From Bacteroidota bacterium (GTDB lineage Bacteria; Bacteroidota; Bacteroidia; Chitinophagales; Chitinophagaceae), in the NCBI GenBank assembly GCA_021824855.1, contig JAKAJX010000129.1:1-33709 (forward strand): DNA of 33,709 bases, given 5' to 3'. Below, in pieces: positions 8,687-16,036 of this stretch. The stretch's first letter is position 1. Each line of letters begins with the position of its first letter. The position numbers were made by a program, and so were the translations under genes. The notes below the pieces were generated by a model. It was not told the origin of the DNA. It made no database searches and saw only the letters and a program-made list of their open reading frames with translations.

Positions 8687-9785
8687 ATGACACAAGAACA
8701 AATTAAAGTTTTACGGAGCCGCGTTAGTGTTCTAAGGAGGTTTCTTTGAAGTGGATGATCGAATTCAAAAAATAGAAAATGATCGACAACTTTCTCTTTC
8801 AGTAGGCTTTTGGGATGATAACAAAAGAGCCACTGGTATTATGAAAGAAATTAAAATAAACGAATATTGGCTAAAATTATATACTAAAGTAGAAACTAAT
8901 GTAGAAGATTTTGCTGTACTATTTGAATTTTGGAAATTAGGAGATGCCACGGAAGAAGAAACCAAAATAGCATTTGATGCAGCTATTATTGCTGTTGAAG
9001 ATGCCGAATTTAAAAGCACGCTGAATAAACCGGAGGACGAGTTGCCCGCTATTATGCAAATTAATCCTGGTGCAGGAGGAACCGAAAGTCAAGATTGGGC
9101 AGAAATGTTATTACGCATGTATCGCATGTACGGCGATAAACAAGGCTGGAAAGTTAGTGAATTGGATTTTCAAGAAGGTGATGGTGCAGGTATTAAAACA
9201 GCCACACTTCAGTTTGATGCTGCATTTGCTTATGGGTTTTTAAAAGCCGAAAGTGGGGTGCATAGGTTAGTTCGAATTTCGCCTTTTGACAGCAATGCCC
9301 GCCGCCACACCAGTTTTGCCAGTGTATTTGTATACCCTTTAATTGATGATAGTATTGAAGTGAGTGTAAATGTTGCCGATATTGAATGGGAATTTTATAG
9401 AAGTGGCGGTAAAGGAGGACAAAATGTAAATAAAGTAGAAACTGCCGTTCGATTAAAACATATTCCTTCCGGAATAATTGTAGAATGCCAACAAGCCAGA
9501 ACACAAGGAGAAAATAGAGAAATGGCATTAAAAATGCTAAAAAGCAAATTGTATGAAGAAGAATTAAAAAAACGAGAAGAAGCAAAAAATGCAACCAATA
9601 GCAGCAAGAAAAAAATAGAGTGGGGAAGCCAAATAAGAAGTTATGTTTTTCATCCCTACAAATTAATTAAAGACCATAGAACTGATTATGAAGTAGGAAA
9701 TATTGGTCCAGTAATGGATGGCGAAATTGAAGGATTTATTAAGGCTTATTTAATGAATCAAAAACAAGAAAGCATAGAGGAATAA
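8687..9785 (+). CDS. prfB: peptide chain release factor 2, with programmed +1 ribosomal frameshift at 8744..8750
   Basis: Frame 0 reads ATG 8687 MTQEQIKVLRSRVSVLRRFL then TGA (8747..8749). The +1 frame continues from 8748 (EVDDRIQKIE...) to 9785. It carries the RF2-specific SPF motif (RISPFDS) and the GGQ motif (GGKGGQNVNK). The track shows only the downstream part, from GTG 8751. Confidence 0.93.
8735..8750 (+). promoter_or_regulatory. RF2 autoregulatory +1 frameshift site: AGGAGG-TTT-CTT-TGA-A
   Basis: An internal SD-like AGGAGG lies 3 nt upstream of the slippery CTT followed by an in-frame TGA. The architecture matches the E. coli prfB site (AGGGGG-TAT-CTT-TGA-C). Confidence 0.9.
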
Positions 9786-9827
9786 AAATTAGAATTAGTT
9801 AACCATTGGTTTTTTATATAAAAATCA

Positions 9828-9835
9828 TACTTTTG
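9828..9835 (+). promoter_or_regulatory. -7 promoter box (TACTTTTG) for rpmI-rplT
   Basis: TAnnTTTG match with 79 nt before the rpmI ATG at 9915, implying a long leader. Confidence 0.45.
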
Positions 9836-9914
9836 CACCCCATTTCCCACAAGGCTCAATAAGAATCTCGTCTGTTCGAGATCGCCAGCAGGGTGTAATC
9901 TTAATAAGATTATT

Positions 9915-10112
9915 ATGCCAAAAGTTAAAACTAACTCCAGTGCAAAAAAACGTTTTAAAGTAACGGGTACCGGAGAAATTACGTTTCAAAAAGCATTTAA
10001 ACGTCACATCTTAACTAAAAAATCTAAAAAACGCAAACGTGCCATGAGAAAAGATGGCGTTGTTGGTGCAGCCAATAAAGATTTTGTTATGCGTTTATTA
10101 AGATTAAAATAA
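9915..10112 (+). CDS. rpmI: 50S ribosomal protein L35
   Basis: [22 protein letters not shown]... is the canonical L35 N-terminus; 65 aa and highly basic. Confidence 0.95.
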   Translation: MPKVKTNSSAKKRFKVTGTGEITFQKAFKRHILTKKSKKRKRAMRKDGVVGAANKDFVMRLLRLK

Positions 10113-10162
10113 TTAATTAATCAAACGTTAAAAAAATTAATCATTTAAAAAATTAGTAAGAT

Positions 10163-10507
10163 ATGCCACGTTCAGTAAATGCAGTTGCATCAAGAGCCAG
10201 AAGAAAAAGAATTCTTGATCAAGCAAAAGGGTTTTATGGAAAACGTAAAAACGTTTATACCGTTGCCAAAAATATTGTAGAAAAAGGATTAACATACAGC
10301 TATGTTGGTCGTAAATTAAAGAAAAGAGAATATCGCCAATTATGGATTGCTCGTATTAATGCCGCTGTTAGAGAAGAAGGTTTAACATACAGCCAATTTA
10401 TAAATAAGCTTAATGCGAAAGGCATTGAATTAAACAGAAAAGTATTAGCCGATTTAGCTATGAATAATCCGGAAAGTTTTAAAGCTTTAGTTTTATCAGT
10501 TAAATAA
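10163..10507 (+). CDS. rplT: 50S ribosomal protein L20
   Basis: [26 protein letters not shown]... is the canonical L20 N-terminus; 114 aa, immediately after rpmI. Confidence 0.95.
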   Translation: MPRSVNAVASRARRKRILDQAKGFYGKRKNVYTVAKNIVEKGLTYSYVGRKLKKREYRQLWIARINAAVREEGLTYSQFINKLNAKGIELNRKVLADLAMNNPESFKALVLSVK

Positions 10508-10524
10508 ACCGGTTATTAATTTAT

Positions 10525-10561
10525 AAAAAAGTTGAGAAAAACACTTCTCAACTTTTTTTTT
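10525..10561 (+). terminator. intrinsic terminator after rplT
   Basis: 8-bp stem gttgagaa/ttctcaac (10531..10538 and 10545..10552) with a 6-nt loop. It is flanked by an A-run upstream and a 9-T run downstream. Confidence 0.8.
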
Positions 10562-10583
10562 ATTTATATTTTACTTAAACTAT

Positions 10584-10591
10584 TATTTTTG
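10584..10591 (+). promoter_or_regulatory. possible -7 promoter box (TATTTTTG) for the decarboxylase gene
   Basis: TAnnTTTG match with 76 nt before the ATG at 10668. Confidence 0.3.
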
Positions 10592-10667
10592 CTGAATAAT
10601 AAAAATGAATGAACCACATTTTTGTTAATAACAAATATTCACTCATCAAAATAAATATGGTTCTGAA

Positions 10668-12098
10668 ATGAATAATACCTACACCTCGCTGGTGAATCAA
10701 ACATTTCACTTTCCACAAGAAGGATTTGATGTAAACGAAAATGGCTACCTAGAATTTAACGAATTAGATCTTAAGTTGCTAATTGAAAAATATGGAACTC
10801 CATTAAAGGTTAGTTATTTGCCTAAAATTGGCATGCAAATTAATAAAGCCAAGAAAATGTTTGCCAACGCCATGAAAAGGCATAACTACGAAGGTGATTA
10901 TTATTATTGTTATTGCACCAAAAGCTCTCACTTTAGTTTTGTTGTAGAAGAGGCATTGAAACATGAAATACATTTAGAAACTTCTTTTGCCTACGACATT
11001 GAAATAATTAATCAGTTATATAAAAGAAGAAAAATTACCAAAGAAACATCTATTATTTGTAATGGCTTTAAACAACGTTCTTATACTTCTCGTATTGCTA
11101 AATTAATTAACTCCGGATTTAAAAATGTAATTCCTGTTTTAGATAATAAAGATGAATTAAAAGCCTATAAAAAATCGGTAAAACAACCCTTTAAATTAGG
11201 AATTAGAGTAGCAGCAGAAGAAGAACCTAATTTTCCTTTTTATACTTCAAGATTAGGAATTAGAGCTAAAGATATTTTAGAATTTTATGTTGATGAAATA
11301 GAAGGATATGAAGAAAAGTTTCAATTAAAGATGTTACATATTTTCCTAAATAAAGGAATTAAAGATGATATTTATTACTGGAGTGAATTGAATAAAATTA
11401 TTAATCTTTATTGCCAACTTAAGAAAATTTGTCCCGAGTTAGATTCAATAAATATTGGTGGAGGATTTCCTATAAAACACTCTCTTGGTTTTGAATACGA
11501 TTATCAGTTTATGATTAATGAAATTGTAAGTAATATAAAAAAAGCTTGCAAGAAGGCCAAAGTGCCTATGCCACATATTTATACCGAATTTGGAAGTTAT
11601 ACAGTTGGTGAAAGTATGGCACATATTTACAGTGTAATTGGTCAAAAAATACAAAATGATAGAGAATGTTGGTATATGATAGATTCATCTTTTATTACCA
11701 CATTACCCGATACATGGGGTATAGGAGAAAAATTTCTAATGCTACCCATTAACAAGTGGGAAAACGAATATCAACGGGTGGTTTTAGGTGGCATTACTTG
11801 TGATAGCCATGATTATTATGATAGCGAAGAACACATTAATGAAGTATTTCTACCTAAACTACAAAATATTGCTAATACGCAAGATCCTGCTAATAAAGAA
11901 CCACTTTATGTTGGATTTTTTCATACCGGTGCTTATCAAGATCAAATAAGCGGCTATGGAGGAATCAAACATTGTTTAATCCCGTCTCCCAAGCATATAA
12001 TTATTGAATATGATAAAAATGGTAAACTAATTGACTGGCTGTATGCCAAAGAACAATCTGCTCAAAGTATGTTAAAAATACTCGGCTACCTTCGTTAA
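10668..12098 (+). CDS. fold-type III PLP-dependent decarboxylase (Orn/DAP/Arg decarboxylase family), probably the short Bacteroidota-type arginine decarboxylase
   Basis: Candidate PLP-lysine region YCYCTKSSHF, glycine loop INIGGGFPI and active-site Cys region GGITCDSHDYY. The N-terminus and 476-aa length resemble proteins annotated as arginine decarboxylase in Flavobacteriia and Chitinophagia (from memory). The family call is solid; the substrate is inferred. Confidence 0.75.
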   Translation: MNNTYTSLVNQTFHFPQEGFDVNENGYLEFNELDLKLLIEKYGTPLKVSYLPKIGMQINKAKKMFANAMKRHNYEGDYYYCYCTKSSHFSFVVEEALKHEIHLETSFAYDIEIINQLYKRRKITKETSIICNGFKQRSYTSRIAKLINSGFKNVIPVLDNKDELKAYKKSVKQPFKLGIRVAAEEEPNFPFYTSRLGIRAKDILEFYVDEIEGYEEKFQLKMLHIFLNKGIKDDIYYWSELNKIINLYCQLKKICPELDSINIGGGFPIKHSLGFEYDYQFMINEIVSNIKKACKKAKVPMPHIYTEFGSYTVGESMAHIYSVIGQKIQNDRECWYMIDSSFITTLPDTWGIGEKFLMLPINKWENEYQRVVLGGITCDSHDYYDSEEHINEVFLPKLQNIANTQDPANKEPLYVGFFHTGAYQDQISGYGGIKHCLIPSPKHIIIEYDKNGKLIDWLYAKEQSAQSMLKILGYLR

Positions 12099-12415
12099 AA
12101 TCACCTAAATTTTTTGTTGTAAGCTTAAAGAATGCTTAAGTTTTAATTGTATTGCTTAAAATACAGTTGAAATTGTTTTGTAGCTTTTATTACCACATGT
12201 ATGTAGTATAATTTCGAAAGGAAATCTAATATCATGTGATTGATATTCAATATTCTATTTAAAAATTGAAGGTTCAAATTCCTATGCCAGAGCTATCATT
12301 CAATATTCAATGCACTAATGCTATACAATATGTATGGCACTTTTTTGTGCTAAATATGAAAGCCATTTATGTGTTACTTGCTCTTGGCAATCCGTACCAA
12401 ATTTTTATACATCGC

Positions 12416-12466
12416 AACTCGTTACTTATTGTTACAAAAAATAGCAATAACAACGAGTTATTTTTT
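12416..12466 (+). terminator. strong intrinsic terminator-like hairpin plus T6, orphan, 45 nt upstream of the PKD/T9SS gene
   Basis: Outer stem aactcgtt/aacgagtt (12416..12423 and 12452..12459). Inner stem ttattg(tta)/(tag)caataa. Loop caaaaaa. The hairpin is followed by a-tttttt (12461..12466). Confidence 0.6.
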
Positions 12467-12510
12467 ATACCGGAAATTATTTATTGCAATAATGTAAGAA
12501 TCGAAAGCTT

Positions 12511-14757
12511 ATGAAAAATTTTTACTTAACTAAATTTATTTTGTTGTTGTTGTGTATCAACTTTATTAATTCGGCATTTACACAGCCATTAATAAATAAT
12601 GATATTAATGCAAGTGAATTTCTGAATGTTAATGCAGCATTTTCTGTGAATGCTGAAAGTGAATGTTTGCAAGGCAACAATTTTACTTTTACCAATAATT
12701 CTACTACAGGTTCTTCCGTTTCCTATTCTTGGGATTTTGGTGATGGCACAACTTCTACAGAAACTAATCCCACTCATACTTATTCTGCAGCAGGAAATTT
12801 TAAAATTCATTTAGATGTAAGAAGTGGAAATGATTATGCTTTTGCAGAAAAATTTATTAATGTAATGCCAACTCCGCATGTTGATTTCAATATTTTAAGC
12901 GGAACATTAAATGGTAAAAGTTTTACATTCATTAGTTCCTCAACAATTCAAAGTGGAAGCATGAACTATTTTTGGAACTTAGGTAACGGAAATACTTCCA
13001 CATTAATTAATCCAACTGAAACCTACCAAACATCGGGCAATTATGAGGTTAAATTAATTGTTACCAGCGATTTTGGTTGTAAGGATAGTATTTCAAAAAT
13101 TGTAAACTATGCTACAGATTGTAATATACCTACCGCAGCCTTTACAGTAAATACAACTACACAATGTAAAAATAATAATCAATTCGTTTTTAATAATCAA
13201 TCATCTGTTATAGGCGGCCAACTAACTTATTCTTGGGATTTTGGTGATGGTACAAATAGTTCCGAACTTAATCCTACTAAAATATATAATAACTTAGGTA
13301 ATTATCAAGTTACGTTAACCGTTAAAAATAAAGCTGGTGATTGTGCAGCAACTACCAATCAAACCATCAATGTGGTAGGTGTAAATGCTGCTTTTGTTGC
13401 CGATCCGGTTTCGTTACAATGCTTTAGTAATAATAAGTTTGAAATGACCAATGAATCTTCCTCTTCAACAAGCGGGTTACAATATAAATGGAATTTTGGA
13501 GATGGAACAATTAGTACAGCATCTAATCCTACTAAATCATATTCATCTGCCGGTACCTATTCAATTACTTTGATTGCTTCAACTGCCAATTCTGTTTGTA
13601 CCGATACAATTATTCATCCGGTAACAATATATCCTTCTGCAATAGCCGATTTTTCAATTAACACTTCGGCACTATGTAAAACCAGTGGGAATTTTATCTT
13701 AACCAATAATTCTACTCCTGCAAATGCAGTAGCTACCAATTATACTTGGGATTTTGGAGATGGCACCTCGAGTAGCGAAACAAATCCAACTAAAGTATAT
13801 GCCAATGGAGGAAAATACAATATTACATTAACTGCAACTACAGAAGGTAATGGAAATTGTACTACAACTGCAGTTAAAACTGTAAGTGTAGGTTCGTTTA
13901 AAGCCGATTTTGTTGCCGATCCGGTTTCGCTTCAATGTTTTAAAGGAAATCATTTTAATTTTACAAATGAATCTACCGCATCGCTAGGAAATAATTTAAC
14001 GTATCAATGGTCATTAGGAGAGGGAGTTATGAGTTCAGAAGTATATCCTTCAAAAATTTATAGTACCACCGGAGATTTTGCCGTGAAATTAGTTGCTTTT
14101 GAAAGCCCTTCAGGATGTATTGATTCTATCACAAAAAACATTTCGGTATATGCCTCACCATTAGCAGGATTTTATACTGAATTGTCGCACAGTACTGCAA
14201 ACACTACCGATATTAAATTTACCGGAACATCTTCTATAAAAGAGGGAACCATACATTATGAATGGATTTTTGGCGATGGAACTTATGGAGGCGGTGATAA
14301 TACCTCACATACTTATTTAAATTCTACCGCTACAAATACCGTTCAATTAATTGCTACCTCATGGGAACATGCTTGCAGTGATACAGCTACAAGATTTTTG
14401 TCTGTAGCAACAGGCATTTCATCTGGTAATAGTTTTATAGCCTCAACTGCAACCAATAGTGCATCCGATAATAATGGTGGTACAAATAATAATATTACTA
14501 TCAATACTTTCCCCAATCCTGTGCAAAGTAATTTGCAATTAAATTTTGCAACTCCCAATACAACAAAATTGCAAATTAGAATAGTAGATATTTATGGTAG
14601 AATAGTTTTATTACAACCCGAAAATGTTATAGCAAATTGTGCCAATTATGGCACATCGGTTAATGTAAAAAACTTGACTAAGGGTACTTATTCAATACAA
14701 ATTTTAAGCGAAACCGGTAGTGTTATTGGTAGAAATACAATAATGAAAATTAATTAA
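12511..14757 (+). CDS. secreted PKD-repeat protein with T9SS (Por) C-terminal sorting domain
   Basis: Signal peptide MKNFYLTKFILLLLCINFINSAFTQ. Seven PKD modules (YSWDFGDGT...NPTHTY-type cores). The C-terminal ~85 aa (TFPNPVQSNLQLNF...GTYSIQILSETGSVIGRNTIMKIN) fit the type A T9SS sorting domain. Confidence 0.88.
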   Translation: MKNFYLTKFILLLLCINFINSAFTQPLINNDINASEFLNVNAAFSVNAESECLQGNNFTFTNNSTTGSSVSYSWDFGDGTTSTETNPTHTYSAAGNFKIHLDVRSGNDYAFAEKFINVMPTPHVDFNILSGTLNGKSFTFISSSTIQSGSMNYFWNLGNGNTSTLINPTETYQTSGNYEVKLIVTSDFGCKDSISKIVNYATDCNIPTAAFTVNTTTQCKNNNQFVFNNQSSVIGGQLTYSWDFGDGTNSSELNPTKIYNNLGNYQVTLTVKNKAGDCAATTNQTINVVGVNAAFVADPVSLQCFSNNKFEMTNESSSSTSGLQYKWNFGDGTISTASNPTKSYSSAGTYSITLIASTANSVCTDTIIHPVTIYPSAIADFSINTSALCKTSGNFILTNNSTPANAVATNYTWDFGDGTSSSETNPTKVYANGGKYNITLTATTEGNGNCTTTAVKTVSVGSFKADFVADPVSLQCFKGNHFNFTNESTASLGNNLTYQWSLGEGVMSSEVYPSKIYSTTGDFAVKLVAFESPSGCIDSITKNISVYASPLAGFYTELSHSTANTTDIKFTGTSSIKEGTIHYEWIFGDGTYGGGDNTSHTYLNSTATNTVQLIATSWEHACSDTATRFLSVATGISSGNSFIASTATNSASDNNGGTNNNITINTFPNPVQSNLQLNFATPNTTKLQIRIVDIYGRIVLLQPENVIANCANYGTSVNVKNLTKGTYSIQILSETGSVIGRNTIMKIN

Positions 14758-14784
14758 GATTTAGGTATAGAAAATGGTGGATAT

Positions 14785-14816
14785 AGAGGGAATGAATTTT
14801 TCATTCCCTCTTTTTT
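14785..14816 (+). terminator. intrinsic terminator after the T9SS PKD gene
   Basis: 11-bp stem agagggaatga/tcattccctct with a 5-nt loop, followed by a T-run (14811..14816). Confidence 0.85.
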
Positions 14817-14841
14817 AATAGAATTAAATTGTAGTTATAGC

Positions 14842-15270
14842 TTATTCAATAATTACTTGCTTGGGAGAAACTTTTATTTCTTCTTTTTTCGGAATAAATA
14901 TTTTTAAAATACCATTTTCGTATTTAGCAAGAATTTTATCCGAATTAACTTTTTCATCTAAAGTAAAACTTCGCTTAAATGATAAAAATTGAAATTCTTT
15001 TCTAATAGGCTTTAATTTTTTTTCTTCCGAAATTTCTTTTCTCTCGTAGCTAATGGTTAATAAATTATTATCAATATTAACTTTAAAATCTTCCTTATTC
15101 CGCCCGGGAGCATTTAATTCTACATGATACTCATCGGTATCTTCATAAATATTAACTGGAATATTGTTCCAATTTGTTTCAAAATCCTTTTCCCAAAATG
15201 GTGCAAAATCATTCAAATAATTTGATAATAACTCATTGATTACATTTTGATTGTGTTTAATAATTGTCAT
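14842..15270 (-). CDS. Hsp20/alpha-crystallin family small heat-shock protein
   Basis: 142 aa. The alpha-crystallin domain pattern is present: PVNIYEDTDEYHVELNAPGRNKEDFKVNIDNNLLTISYERKE ... AKYENGILKIFIPKK. Confidence 0.9.
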   Translation of the reverse strand: MTIIKHNQNVINELLSNYLNDFAPFWEKDFETNWNNIPVNIYEDTDEYHVELNAPGRNKEDFKVNIDNNLLTISYERKEISEEKKLKPIRKEFQFLSFKRSFTLDEKVNSDKILAKYENGILKIFIPKKEEIKVSPKQVIIE

Positions 15271-15451
15271 AATAATTTAGATTTAAATGGTTAAACTATT
15301 TTTTTGTTGGAATTCACCAAAATATATTCCAAATAATCAACTACGCCATTACGGCATTTTTAAATTTTAAATAATGTCATTATGGCATTTTCGATAAAAG
15401 AAAAAAGGAAACTTAAGAAAACATGACTGATTTTTAAACTAAATTTTAAAG

Positions 15452-15459
15452 TAATTTTG
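15452..15459 (+). promoter_or_regulatory. -7 promoter box (TAATTTTG) for the bacilliredoxin gene
   Basis: TAnnTTTG match with 33 nt before the ATG at 15493. It overlaps the ORF-track start at 15457, which argues against that start. Confidence 0.45.
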
Positions 15460-15492
15460 CGATATAAACGATATAAAAAAGAAAGAATAAAT

Positions 15493-15906
15493 ATGTATCC
15501 AATAGAAATTGTAGCCCCAATGAAATCAGAGTTAACCGAAATTGGTTTCGAAGAAATGTTAACACCTGATGAAGTAAAAACAACGTTAACGAGTGAAGGC
15601 ACTGTGTTGGTAGTAATAAATTCTGTTTGCGGATGTGCTGCAGGAACTTGCCGACCAGGTGTAATTATGGCAATAAATAATGCCTCAAAAACACCCACTA
15701 AATTAGTTACCAGTTTTGCAGGATTTGATATTGAAGCTGTTCAAAAAGTACGAGAATATTTATTACCTTATCCACCTTCATCACCTTGTATAGCTTTATT
15801 TAAAGATGGCGAGCTGGTAAGTATGGTTGAACGTCATCAAATAGAAGGCAGACCGGCTAATGTTATAGCACACCATTTAATCGCTGAATTTAATAAATAC
15901 TGTTAG
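15493..15906 (+). CDS. BrxA/BrxB (YphP/YqiW, DUF1094) family bacilliredoxin
   Basis: MYPIEIVAPMKSELTEIGFEEMLTPDEV... with the redox motif NSVCGCAAG. The start is moved to ATG 15493. Confidence 0.8.
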   Translation: MYPIEIVAPMKSELTEIGFEEMLTPDEVKTTLTSEGTVLVVINSVCGCAAGTCRPGVIMAINNASKTPTKLVTSFAGFDIEAVQKVREYLLPYPPSSPCIALFKDGELVSMVERHQIEGRPANVIAHHLIAEFNKYC

Positions 15907-15935
15907 TTATATTTGTTTTGGATGTGTTAGTAAGT

Positions 15936-15969
15936 ATAAGTCCTGCTATTTTTAGCAGGACTTATTTTT
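15936..15969 (+). terminator. intrinsic terminator after the bacilliredoxin gene
   Basis: 13-bp stem ataagtcctgcta/tagcaggacttat with a 4-nt loop, followed by a T-run. Confidence 0.85.
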
Positions 15970-16036
15970 GTAATACACTTTTCAAGCATAAAAAAATACT
16001 ATCATTGCAAGCCATTTAATAAAATTATATACAGGT

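Noticed and set aside
9193-9607. 133-aa and 70-aa minus-strand ORFs inside prfB
   Set aside because: They are antisense shadow frames of a conserved gene, with hydrophobic low-complexity products.
12203-12212. tagtataat, resembling a sigma-70 TATAAT -10 box
   Set aside because: Bacteroidota primary sigma uses TAnnTTTG, and there is no properly spaced -35. In AT-rich DNA TATAAT is expected by chance.
12271-12282. ggttcaaattcc, resembling a tRNA T-arm/T-loop (possible tRNA or att-site remnant)
   Set aside because: The flanks do not form a T-stem (gaagg versus tccta), and no acceptor, D or anticodon arms can be drawn.
15360-15698. 112-aa minus-strand ORF, and the ATG 15457 start for the bacilliredoxin gene
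   Set aside because: The minus ORF is antisense to a recognisable Brx gene and spans its promoter region. The 15457 start sits inside the -7 box, and family N-termini begin at MYPIE (15493).
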